From: Nanobdellota archaeon
GTDB lineage: Archaea > Nanobdellota > Nanobdellia > Woesearchaeales > DSVV01
DNA length: 51,953 bases
NCBI GenBank assembly: GCA_051819785.1
Contig: JBNJGV010000001.1
Location: 1 to 51,953, forward strand
Direction of reading: 5' to 3'
How positions within the stretch are numbered: position 1 is the first letter of the stretch; every line of letters begins with the position of its first letter. This document shows positions 18,753 through 26,983 of the stretch, piece after piece. The notes beneath the pieces were generated by a model that saw only the letters and a program-made list of their open reading frames with translations, searched no databases and was not told the DNA's origin. The position numbers and the translations under genes were made by a program.

Positions 18753-19394
18753 ATGTACTATGATGTTGTGTGCCCTAATGGGAATGAAAGAGAATTTATA
18801 GAAATGGCTAAAAGGCTAGGGTATGGTGGTATTTGTTTTCTTTATGAAGAAAAAATTCCTACAAATCAAATTTCAGATGAAAGGGTTGTTATTTTTTCAG
18901 CTGTTATTGCCAGAGATTCACGAAAAGCTGAAAGAAAAGCAGATTTATTTTTTGCAAAAGAAGTAACGAGCATTAGGAATTTAATAGAAAAAGGTTTTTC
19001 AGGTATCATTTTAGGCGCAGAAAACCAAAAAAGAAAGGACTTTATTCATCAAAGAAATTCGGGTGTTGATCATATTATATGTGAGTTTGCAAAAAAAAAA
19101 GGGACGGCTTTTGGCTTTTCTTTTAATGATTTAATAACTCCTCCAGGTTCACGCTTTGTGGGGAGAGTTATTCAAAATATAAGGCTGTTTCAAAAATATA
19201 ATTTAGATGCTGTGATATGTTCTTTGGCCCAAAAACCTTATGAAATGCGCAATCCAAGGGATTTAATTTCTTTGTATGGCTGGCTCGGCTTAATTTCACC
19301 AAAATTAGCTTTGAGCAATCTTGGTAAGCTTGTGAAAACGTATAAGAAAAAAAGCAAGGATAAAATCTCTGAAGGAATTGAGGTGGTTGAGTGA
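18753..19394 (+). CDS. rnp3: RNase P protein component 3 (Rpp30)
   Basis: GVDHIICEFAKKKGTAFGFSF ... RNPRDLISLYGWLG closely matches the conserved C-terminal blocks of archaeal Rpp30 (GIDH..., R-x-PRDLISL). I prefer the ATG at 18753 (MYYDVV) over the GTG at 18732. Confidence 0.8.
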   Translation: MYYDVVCPNGNEREFIEMAKRLGYGGICFLYEEKIPTNQISDERVVIFSAVIARDSRKAERKADLFFAKEVTSIRNLIEKGFSGIILGAENQKRKDFIHQRNSGVDHIICEFAKKKGTAFGFSFNDLITPPGSRFVGRVIQNIRLFQKYNLDAVICSLAQKPYEMRNPRDLISLYGWLGLISPKLALSNLGKLVKTYKKKSKDKISEGIEVVE

Positions 19395-20386
19395 TTATAT
19401 ATAATCTCTCATTGTTTTTTATTGGTCTTTTTTTAGGGATAATTACTTCATATACAGATTATTATTTAGGCAAGATTAGAAATAAACATTTAGCTGTTTC
19501 TTTTTTTTTAATGTTGATAATCATCTTTTTACAATATTTTATTTCTGCTCTTCCAAGAGAAGAGTATGCGTTTTTAGTAATTAATCTTTTATTAACAACT
19601 ATTGCTTCAGTGATGTTATGGATTTTTGGGTTTTGGACTCCAGGGGATGCAAAATTGTTTATTGTTTTTTCCTTTTTACTTTCTAGTATTTTTCCAACCT
19701 CTAAATTTTCCGGTTTAGCTTGCATAAGTTTTTCCTTTTGTGTCTTTATCCCTTTATTTTTAGGTCTTGTATTAATGTCTCTTTTTAAGTTAAGTTTTGA
19801 GGATTTTAAGAAAGGGCTTAAATCGTCTTTAGATAAGAAATTTTTATTTTCAATCCCCGGGGTTTTTATAATTCATTGGTTTTTTTCTTTAGGTGTTCTC
19901 AAGTCTCTTGTTATTATTTTGATTTTGGCGCTTGTTTACTTTTTTTTCAATCGTTTTATTACTTACGCGATACTCTGCCTTGTTTTTTTGAGGTTTTTAT
20001 TAGACAAAGAAATTTTTTCGTTTTTTTATTTGAATTATTTTTTAATATTGATTTTTTTAATTTTTATATTCAGGTTTTTTATATGTGAAATTTTCTTTGA
20101 TGTTTTTTGTAAAGAGACCAAAATTAAGTCACTCAAGAAAGGTATGGTTCCAGCAGAAAAAATTGTTAAAAAAGGTTCAGAATACATCAAAGTGCCTATG
20201 AAAGGGAAGCTTTCAAAATCTTCTGAGTTTTTTAAGCCCCGGCCAGAGGGCTTGAACAGAACAGAAATTCTTAAGTTAAAACGAAACAAATCCGGAATTT
20301 CTTGTATAAAAATTTACAGGACAATTCCTTTTGCACCCTTTATATTTTTAGGGTATTTGTTATTTGTTTTCATCTCAATTAGCTAA
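19391..20386 (+). CDS. Polytopic membrane protein, A24-family type IV prepilin/preflagellin peptidase-like
   Basis: It has multiple TM helices. The first candidate catalytic Asp lies in SYTDYYLGKIRNKHL (D-x5-I-x-N pattern). The second lies in FWTPGDAKLFIVF (G-x-GD-x-KL pattern). The GTG start overlaps the Rpp30 stop. Confidence 0.6.
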   Translation: MIIYNLSLFFIGLFLGIITSYTDYYLGKIRNKHLAVSFFLMLIIIFLQYFISALPREEYAFLVINLLLTTIASVMLWIFGFWTPGDAKLFIVFSFLLSSIFPTSKFSGLACISFSFCVFIPLFLGLVLMSLFKLSFEDFKKGLKSSLDKKFLFSIPGVFIIHWFFSLGVLKSLVIILILALVYFFFNRFITYAILCLVFLRFLLDKEIFSFFYLNYFLILIFLIFIFRFFICEIFFDVFCKETKIKSLKKGMVPAEKIVKKGSEYIKVPMKGKLSKSSEFFKPRPEGLNRTEILKLKRNKSGISCIKIYRTIPFAPFIFLGYLLFVFISIS

Positions 20387-21107
20387 AAAAATTCTTTGGC
20401 ATATAGACAGTTCTACTAAAGCAGGAAAGGTCTGGTAATTTGTTTTCTTTTATGAAGTGGGTATTTCCGATAACTATTATTTTTTCTTCTATTTGTTTGT
20501 GGGTTATTATATAATAATCTTTTTTGCATTTTTTCCCGCAACTCTGCGGGTCGAAATTTTCATCAACCTTTTTATTATCAAATCCGACCATGCACCTCCT
20601 GCCTGTCGAAAGAAACATATAGGGGAAGTAAATAGAATAGGATAAAGAGTCGTCGCAAAGAATTTTTTCAGTGTTACTATTGTTGCTTATTTCACAGCGA
20701 AATATATTTTTTGATTTGAAAAAAGAGAGCGCTTCATTAGAGTTAGGTCTTAAATCAGGCAAGCCTTTTGTTAAGTGGTTTCCTATGATTCTTCCTAAGA
20801 CCGGGGTTATATTTTTAAAATCTGAAACTAGGTCAAGTACACCAAAATCATTTATAATAACCTCTGTATCATTAAACTCTGAGTCTAAGAAAGTAAACCT
20901 TTTTTTGAGTTTTTCAAGACCTTTTTCGGTGACATAGGGCGTTACAAAACTAAAATTTTTATTTTTGTCAAGTACATATTCAATTTTTTTCTTCAGTGTT
21001 TCTTCAGTATCAATTAGATTTTCACAAAATTCATTTCCTATGTATACTCTGTCATAATCATCAATCTTGTGTTTGAAAGGATCGTGGCAAAGAATTGTTT
21101 TTTCCAT
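20379..21107 (-). CDS. U32-related small partner protein (UbiV/YhbV-like), hypothetical
   Basis: RVYIGNEFCENLI resembles the U32 N-terminal block (VY-x-G-x-E-x-C). It lies 1 nt downstream of the U32 gene. C-terminal Cys residues (CMVG, CGKKCKKD) may bind metal. Confidence 0.35.
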   Translation of the reverse strand: MEKTILCHDPFKHKIDDYDRVYIGNEFCENLIDTEETLKKKIEYVLDKNKNFSFVTPYVTEKGLEKLKKRFTFLDSEFNDTEVIINDFGVLDLVSDFKNITPVLGRIIGNHLTKGLPDLRPNSNEALSFFKSKNIFRCEISNNSNTEKILCDDSLSYSIYFPYMFLSTGRRCMVGFDNKKVDENFDPQSCGKKCKKDYYIITHKQIEEKIIVIGNTHFIKENKLPDLSCFSRTVYMPKNFFS

Positions 21108-21108
21108 T

Positions 21109-22008
21109 TTAATAAAGGAGTTTTATTGTTTTTGCTTTGCATGAAAACACAAAGTTTTTCTTAGAGGGATTTGTGTTTAGTTTATCTTTCATATGCTTGG
21201 CGATTTTTATGTTTTTAATTTTTTGTTTAGTTGGTTCTTCCCTGTTGCCTAGTTTTATGCAGTTTACTCCTACTTTCCAATAATCATATATTGCTCCAAA
21301 AGGGTCTTGGTGGACAGGATACGAAAATATTCTTTTTGCTACGAGGCTGGATTTTTTCTTTTTCTCGGAGAAATGCTGTATTTTTTTAATGTTATCACAT
21401 GCATCAAGTGGGATTTCTCCTTTCCAGAGCTGTTTGTTATACGTGTAAAAACAAAACCCGTCAATATTTCTGCAATAATTTGTTCCAAAAAAAAACACTT
21501 CTGTTTTAATGTCAACCTTTTTTTTAATCTTTTTAATCTCGTCTGGGTAGAGATGTTGTGGAACAACAAATCTTTTTATTCCTCTATTTTTAAAGTAATT
21601 GGCTGCACTTGAGTTTAGGCAAGGCGTGACGCTGCTTAGCGTTAGGTCAGCTTTTAAGTTAATTTTTACTTTTTTAAGGGCTTCAATTAAAACAAGGTCA
21701 GAAATAATAAATCCATCAATTCCAATAGAATCAATTTTTTTAAGAACCTCTATGAATCTTTTTAAAGAAGAGAAAATACATCCAACTTCATTTATTACTA
21801 GGTTAATCTTTTTTTTGTATTTATGGGTTATCTTAATTGCCTTTCCCAATTCCTCTAAGTCTTTTAGGTTCATTGAAGAAGAATTTGGTCTGTGGTTTAT
21901 TGTTGGAAGTTGTTTGGTTTTCAAAAGTCCACAATAAACTTCATCAGCACCATTTTTAATAATGCTTTCTAACTCTTCTAAGTTTGAAAATGCGGCAACT
22001 ATTTGCAT
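21109..22008 (-). CDS. Peptidase U32-family protein (the family now known mainly as Fe-S RNA/quinone hydroxylases)
   Basis: The N-terminus VAAFSNLEELESIIKNGADEVYCGL ... LEELGKAIKITHKYKKKINLVINE follows the U32 consensus (APAG-x-LE-x-L-x-AI-x-GADAVY-x-G ... H-x-x-G-x-K-x-Y-x-x-x-N). Confidence 0.6.
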   Translation of the reverse strand: MQIVAAFSNLEELESIIKNGADEVYCGLLKTKQLPTINHRPNSSSMNLKDLEELGKAIKITHKYKKKINLVINEVGCIFSSLKRFIEVLKKIDSIGIDGFIISDLVLIEALKKVKINLKADLTLSSVTPCLNSSAANYFKNRGIKRFVVPQHLYPDEIKKIKKKVDIKTEVFFFGTNYCRNIDGFCFYTYNKQLWKGEIPLDACDNIKKIQHFSEKKKKSSLVAKRIFSYPVHQDPFGAIYDYWKVGVNCIKLGNREEPTKQKIKNIKIAKHMKDKLNTNPSKKNFVFSCKAKTIKLLY

Positions 22009-22114
22009 AATAGAGGTTATTTACTTGTATATTAAAATATTTTTATCTTTTTTTAAATCAATAAAACGAGGTTATAATCAGTTCTCAAATAATGTGTGAG
22101 GGTTTCTGGCGAAC

Positions 22115-22130
22115 AGAAAAATATATAAAT
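22115..22130 (+). promoter_or_regulatory. BRE/TATA-like promoter element for the His-Xaa-Ser-tailed protein gene
   Basis: AGAAAAATATATAAAT ends 21 nt before the ATG at 22152, which implies a leaderless or near-leaderless mRNA. The identical 16-mer occurs at 40343-40358. Confidence 0.45.
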
Positions 22131-22151
22131 CATCTTATCTATGAAAGGTTT

Positions 22152-22475
22152 ATGGATTTACCCAAGGTTAAAAAAAAAGTTAATGGTTTTCTCTTGAACG
22201 AAGATGGGAAAATATCTAAGCAGGCTGCAGTTACAGTAGGTGGTGCCTTGGGTGTTTTTGTTGGTTCTTCTCTTATAGATTTTAGTTTTGCAGATTCTAT
22301 CAAACATTCACCAAAGGCGGATTGTGATCCTGTAGTAAAAGGTAATAGTGATAGTTCTGGGCATTGTTGGGCGCATAATAATAATATAATTAATGATTTT
22401 AAGCAAGATGCAGTAAAAAGTCAACACCAGCACCATTATAATCATACCAGCCATAGCAGCCATGGCTCCTATTAA
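22152..22475 (+). CDS. Small TM/signal-anchored protein with a C-terminal His-rich His-Xaa-Ser repeat tail (HxsA-like candidate precursor)
   Basis: The 107-aa product from the ATG at 22152 is MDLPKVKKKVNGFLL...AAVTVGGALGVFVGSSLIDF...KSQHQHHYNHTSHSSHGSY. The last 10 residues contain HTS-HSS-HGS. It overlaps the next gene's start by 14 nt. The track start at 22092 lies upstream of the TATA element, so I disfavour it. Confidence 0.5.
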   Translation: MDLPKVKKKVNGFLLNEDGKISKQAAVTVGGALGVFVGSSLIDFSFADSIKHSPKADCDPVVKGNSDSSGHCWAHNNNIINDFKQDAVKSQHQHHYNHTSHSSHGSY

Positions 22476-24234
22476 AAAGGAAAAAGTTAAATACAAAAAC
22501 CAAGGCGTAGCTTTGATGACAAAAAGATTCTTAGATTTGGGCTTGAAAAACAATAATAAAAATTCTTTTTTTGGAAAAGGGAAAAGTCGTAAATTTGATA
22601 ATATTGTTGATGAAATCGAAGGATTTAATTCATGGGATTCTGTTGTAATCTTTGGTAGTGAACCAACTGCAAGAAACGATTTTTTTAAAATTATTTCAAA
22701 ACTTAAGATAAAGGGTATTAACAAAATTTCCCTCATTACAAACGCCCGAGCATTTAATTATTCGAGTTTTGTAGAAAGATTAAGAGGTATAAAAGAATTG
22801 AAGGTTTTTGTTGAGCTCATGGCCCCAACTTTTGAAATGCACGACAAGATTACTGGCACTCCTGGAAGCTTTACACAAACGATAAAAGGCATTGAGAAGT
22901 TGATTGAAAAGGAATTCGATCTTTCATTAATCTTTCCAGTAGTTAAAGATAATTCAGATTTGATTTCAGGGATGGGTGAACTTTCATCTGTTTATGATAT
23001 TAAAAATATAGTTGTTTTTAACCCTCCTGAAAAACTCTTGAATAGATTAATTGATGCTGGCAAGAGGCATCCTCTCTTATTTAGTGTAGTTGGTTTAAAG
23101 CCCGAATTAGTTCGCTCGCCTTTGGATTTTTGTTTAGATCTTACTGATTTGGAAGAACTAGACCTAGAAAATGAGCCTTTTTTAAGAGTTTTAAGAGCAC
23201 TTGAACGCTTTCATAATAATAGCTTGATATATGTTTCACCTGATGAGGTTTATTATATGTTTCATAAATTTTCAAAGGGATATGAATTTCTTGATTTTGC
23301 TCATGATTTTGGATTTCCTGTGCCTGTTTTGATGCACCTGTTTAGGGAGCTTGAAAAGGAAAGAATTGTGACAATTGATGGGAAAAGGATAAAGCTTGAA
23401 ATTGAGCCGTTGGTTATAGAAAATTCAAAAAGTTTTAGAGAACAAAGACTTGAAGAGATTCCTTCTATATGTCAATTGAGAGTTGATGAGGTTGCACTTT
23501 TGAAAAGAGCAGACTTTGTCACAGAAAGGTCCTTAGGGAGCAGCAGGATTGCAATTCTTGGAGACGATGATTTTTTTTCACTGATTCTGGCAAGCAAAAA
23601 GGTTTTTCAGGAGATTTTCGTCTTTGAGCTTGATGAACGGATATGTGAGAAAATCAAAAGTATTGCTGAAAAAGAAAATTATAATATAAGGGTTGTCAAG
23701 CAGGACTTGAGAAAAGAATTCAGTCCCGAACTTATTGGCAAATTTGATGTTTTTTATACTGATTGTCCTTATTCTGTTAATGGCTTTACTCTTTTCTTTT
23801 CCAGGGGGTTGCAGCTATTGAAAAAAGAAAGGAAAAAAAGAGGATTTATGTCTTTTTCACCGAATCTTCCCATTGAGAGTGTAGAGATGGGTGTTCAAAA
23901 AGTGATAAATGATTCCGGAGTTTTTATTGAAAAGAAGCATCTGGGCGCAATTAATGAAATGCCTGATTATATTAGGCAAAAATATGATGATTTTAGTGCC
24001 TTGAAGAAAAATCTTGATGATTATGAAAGCATCCCTCTAGATGATAGTTGGTTTCTCTCAAGTCTGGGAAGAGAAGAGCAGTTGTTTTCTTTTTTGACTA
24101 CAAGTATGACACGCCCCCTGATTAGGGGTAAATTCGACGGCGAAATATATTATGGTGAGAACCCTCTTGCTTATTATACCGATAAAGAAAGCATAAAGAA
24201 AAGCAAATCAGAGAATGACATGTTCAAGTATTAA
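22462..24234 (+). CDS. Fusion: Cys-less (degenerate) radical-SAM-like HxsC-type domain + winged-helix-like linker + BpsA/DUF43 aminopropyltransferase-like domain
   Basis: The N-terminal half aligns with the radical SAM protein at 31124..31957 (VVIFGSEPTA / VVLSGGEPTL, ITNARAFNYS / LSNARAFSNK, HDKITGTPGSFTQTIKGIEKLIEK / HDAMTRTKKSFKQAVTGLKKLISK). Where the partner has KCNNNCLCC this protein has LKNNNKNSFF, and there is no Cys in the first roughly 215 aa. The C-terminal half has ILGDDDFFSLILA and GKFDVFYTDCPYSVNGFTLFFSRG, which match the DUF43/BpsA motifs (GDDDLTS, DPPYT...G...F.SRG). Confidence 0.6.
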   Translation: MAPIKKEKVKYKNQGVALMTKRFLDLGLKNNNKNSFFGKGKSRKFDNIVDEIEGFNSWDSVVIFGSEPTARNDFFKIISKLKIKGINKISLITNARAFNYSSFVERLRGIKELKVFVELMAPTFEMHDKITGTPGSFTQTIKGIEKLIEKEFDLSLIFPVVKDNSDLISGMGELSSVYDIKNIVVFNPPEKLLNRLIDAGKRHPLLFSVVGLKPELVRSPLDFCLDLTDLEELDLENEPFLRVLRALERFHNNSLIYVSPDEVYYMFHKFSKGYEFLDFAHDFGFPVPVLMHLFRELEKERIVTIDGKRIKLEIEPLVIENSKSFREQRLEEIPSICQLRVDEVALLKRADFVTERSLGSSRIAILGDDDFFSLILASKKVFQEIFVFELDERICEKIKSIAEKENYNIRVVKQDLRKEFSPELIGKFDVFYTDCPYSVNGFTLFFSRGLQLLKKERKKRGFMSFSPNLPIESVEMGVQKVINDSGVFIEKKHLGAINEMPDYIRQKYDDFSALKKNLDDYESIPLDDSWFLSSLGREEQLFSFLTTSMTRPLIRGKFDGEIYYGENPLAYYTDKESIKKSKSENDMFKY

Positions 24235-25304
24235 GGTATTATTTCACACCCATTATATTTTGTGTATTCAAAATCATCTATGGAGACTACGCCTTTTTCT
24301 ATCATGTCTTGGATTTTTGGCTTTATTTCAATCAATTTATCTATAAGGTTTTTTACGGTTTCACATACCAGGTTAAAACCCTCCTCGCCCCATGGCTTTG
24401 TAAGGTTTGCGACAAGGCATCTCCCACCGCATAATCCATAATAGCTACATGAAGTACAAGGGGTTTTTACAAACAAGGAGTTTTCTAATTCAAAGGGTGT
24501 TTTTTGGAAGATTGTTCCTAGGATGAAATCTTTATCTCTTAGATTTGTGCAAGGGGCAATTGATCCATCGGTAAGTATATTAAAAAAGTTTCTTCCTGCG
24601 CCACATCGAAGCAAAGTATTTTGTTCTTTTATAATATTCTGCATGACTCCAATAAATGGATAAATTTTTTTCACATTCCCTCTTTCAATTTTTTCTAACC
24701 ATTCATCTACAAGCTTTCTTATTCCTGGGTTATATTTTTCATAAACCCATTTTTCTGGATTTTTCCATGTCTCTTTATCAAAAAAGCACATGTTAAGTTG
24801 CCAGTGAATAGAATCAAAAATTCCTACCCTTAATAGGTGATTAACTTGTTTATGTATGTCTGTTTTTTCATCAATTGTCATCCTTGCTATTAATTCACCT
24901 TCGAAGCCGTTTTGTTTTATCTGTTTTGCATTATTTATGACGGATTTGTAAGTTCCTATTCCTCTGTAATAATCCGTTAATATCTCGTCACCATCTATGG
25001 AAATGAGTATGGTATGCAACCTATTGATATAATTTCTTTTTATTTCTTTTAGAAGAATGCCATTTGTCTGTAGCATAAATTTTTTCGCATGTACACAATC
25101 CATTATTTTTTTGATTTGATTCTTGTTAATGAGGGGTTCTCCTCCATAAAAAGTAATATTGCACTCAGCGTCTTTTTCAAGGAATGATTTAAGATCTTCT
25201 AGATTATATGACGGGAAAAAAGGAAATCTTCTCCTTACTTTGTTATCTGCACAATATTTGCATTTCAGATTACAATTCATGGTTGTAAATATATTATAAT
25301 TCAT
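24231..25304 (-). CDS. Radical SAM enzyme with C-terminal SPASM-type Cys-rich domain (peptide-maturase-like)
   Basis: The CX3CX2C motif is at TMNCNLKCKYC, followed by FYGGEPL and QTNG. The C-terminal Cys cluster is CGAGRN...APC...CTSCSYYGLCGGRC. Confidence 0.85.
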   Translation of the reverse strand: MNYNIFTTMNCNLKCKYCADNKVRRRFPFFPSYNLEDLKSFLEKDAECNITFYGGEPLINKNQIKKIMDCVHAKKFMLQTNGILLKEIKRNYINRLHTILISIDGDEILTDYYRGIGTYKSVINNAKQIKQNGFEGELIARMTIDEKTDIHKQVNHLLRVGIFDSIHWQLNMCFFDKETWKNPEKWVYEKYNPGIRKLVDEWLEKIERGNVKKIYPFIGVMQNIIKEQNTLLRCGAGRNFFNILTDGSIAPCTNLRDKDFILGTIFQKTPFELENSLFVKTPCTSCSYYGLCGGRCLVANLTKPWGEEGFNLVCETVKNLIDKLIEIKPKIQDMIEKGVVSIDDFEYTKYNGCEIIP

Positions 25305-25347
25305 TCCAATAAGAAAAATTTAAATTATATTAAAATTAGGCGGTTTT

Positions 25348-26946
25348 ATGAAAAAATCATTCCTGAAAGTTTGTGATAAAAGCAATAATAAAAACACCTT
25401 TTTTGAAAATAACAGCATCTTATCTTTTAAAGATATATGTGAAAGCCATAATGTTGTAATATGCGGGGGAGAACCCACCTTGTTTTCGGGGTTTTTCAAT
25501 CTGATATCTAAATTATCTGGTTGCAGGAGCATTTCTGTGATAACAAATGCAAGGGCTTTTTCTTATTCTTGGTTTTCCAGAAAAATTGATGGCAATTCTT
25601 TTAATGCCTATGTTGAAATTCTTTCTTACGATGAATCTAGGCATGATTCACTTACGGGAACTCCTGGAAGCTTTAAGCAAACTATTGAAGGCGCCAGAAA
25701 TCTCTTAGATTCATCAATACAGCTCAACTTTGTAATGCCTTTTATTGGACAGGATAAAAACGAGATTATATTAACTAAAAAATTAGCTCATGACCTGGGA
25801 GCAAAAAGATTTGTGATTAAGAATTGCACCAATCGTAATTATCCTCCTTTTTTCTTCAAGGAGCTTTCAGACGATTTCCCTTTTGATATTGAAGCAATAG
25901 ATTTTGAAGATTTTAATTTGCCTTCCAAAATGAAATTATGTTTTGAAATTCAGGATCTTAACCTGATAACTGGCTCTACAAGAATAAAATTATTGAGGAT
26001 AATTAGGGATTTGATTTATCCAGTCCCTTTTTCTAATCCTGATGATCTTTATAATTGTTTTCATAATATAAATGAATCCATATTGGATTCAAGCGAAAAG
26101 ACTGGTCTGGGAATAGAGTCCATTTATGATATAAATTCTCTCGTTAAAAGGGAAGGGCTGGTTCAATTGCCTCAACCACCCTGTATAGGCAAATTGCCGG
26201 GCCCGGAATCTGATAATAATCCCAATCTTTGCCAATTGAGCCTTAATAAAGAACATTTAATGCATAGATTAAATTATCTTTTGAAAATAATGGTTCCAGG
26301 AAGCGATCTGGTTTTATTGGGTGATGAAGATAATATTTCAATTGAACTTGCCAAGACAGGGCACTTCAAATCAATTACTGTTTTTGAGTATGATTCTGAT
26401 ACAGTCAAAGAATTAAAAAAAAAAGGGAAAGATTACCCAATATTTGTTTATGAGCATGATTTGAGGAAAAAAATTCCTTGTAAATTTAATGGTGTTTTTG
26501 CTTATATGTATTGCGCACCCCCTCATAATCCTGAAGGGTTTAGGCTTTTTGTTTCAAGAGGCGTTAAGCTGCTAAGGGGTGTGTTTGCAAAAAAGGCCTT
26601 TGTTTCTTTTGACATGTCTTTTTTAGATAAGGCCCATGAAATAAAAATCAATAAGATTATAAACGAGATGGGCTTGTTATCAAAAAATATTGGTCTTGAA
26701 TGTGTGCCTGAATTTCCTAAATATTTGCATAGAAGGTACTCTGACCCTAAATATTTACGTGGTGCAATAACTGATCCCTTTCATATCAATAAGAATGATT
26801 TATGGCATTTATCAAAGACCGGAAGAGCTGAATCATGCTTTGAACTAATTGTTCCGACCGATTGCAAGCCGGCAGTTGAATCTGATATACATGAAAATGT
26901 ATGCTATGATGAAGATATTTTTGAAAAACTTAGTTATTTGGAATGA
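25348..26946 (+). CDS. Second fusion paralog: degenerate radical-SAM-like domain + BpsA/DUF43-like domain
   Basis: CGGEPTL, ITNARAFSYS and HDSLTGTPGSFKQTIEGARNLL are retained. The cluster-binding site reads VCDKSNNKNTFF, with no CX3CX2C. The C-terminal half has VLLGDEDNISIELA and FAYMYCAPPHNPEGFRLFVSRG (DUF43-like with an altered DPPYT). Confidence 0.6.
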   Translation: MKKSFLKVCDKSNNKNTFFENNSILSFKDICESHNVVICGGEPTLFSGFFNLISKLSGCRSISVITNARAFSYSWFSRKIDGNSFNAYVEILSYDESRHDSLTGTPGSFKQTIEGARNLLDSSIQLNFVMPFIGQDKNEIILTKKLAHDLGAKRFVIKNCTNRNYPPFFFKELSDDFPFDIEAIDFEDFNLPSKMKLCFEIQDLNLITGSTRIKLLRIIRDLIYPVPFSNPDDLYNCFHNINESILDSSEKTGLGIESIYDINSLVKREGLVQLPQPPCIGKLPGPESDNNPNLCQLSLNKEHLMHRLNYLLKIMVPGSDLVLLGDEDNISIELAKTGHFKSITVFEYDSDTVKELKKKGKDYPIFVYEHDLRKKIPCKFNGVFAYMYCAPPHNPEGFRLFVSRGVKLLRGVFAKKAFVSFDMSFLDKAHEIKINKIINEMGLLSKNIGLECVPEFPKYLHRRYSDPKYLRGAITDPFHINKNDLWHLSKTGRAESCFELIVPTDCKPAVESDIHENVCYDEDIFEKLSYLE

Positions 26947-26983
26947 TAGGAAGTTTTTTATTTACTAATCTATCACTTATTGT

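Noticed and set aside
22115-22130. An identical 16-mer, AGAAAAATATATAAAT, at 22115 and 40343 as evidence of specific co-regulation of the peptide island and the adhesin gene
   Set aside because: It is all A/T except one G, in a very AT-rich genome, and it matches a generic BRE/TATA consensus. The identity may simply reflect strong promoters.
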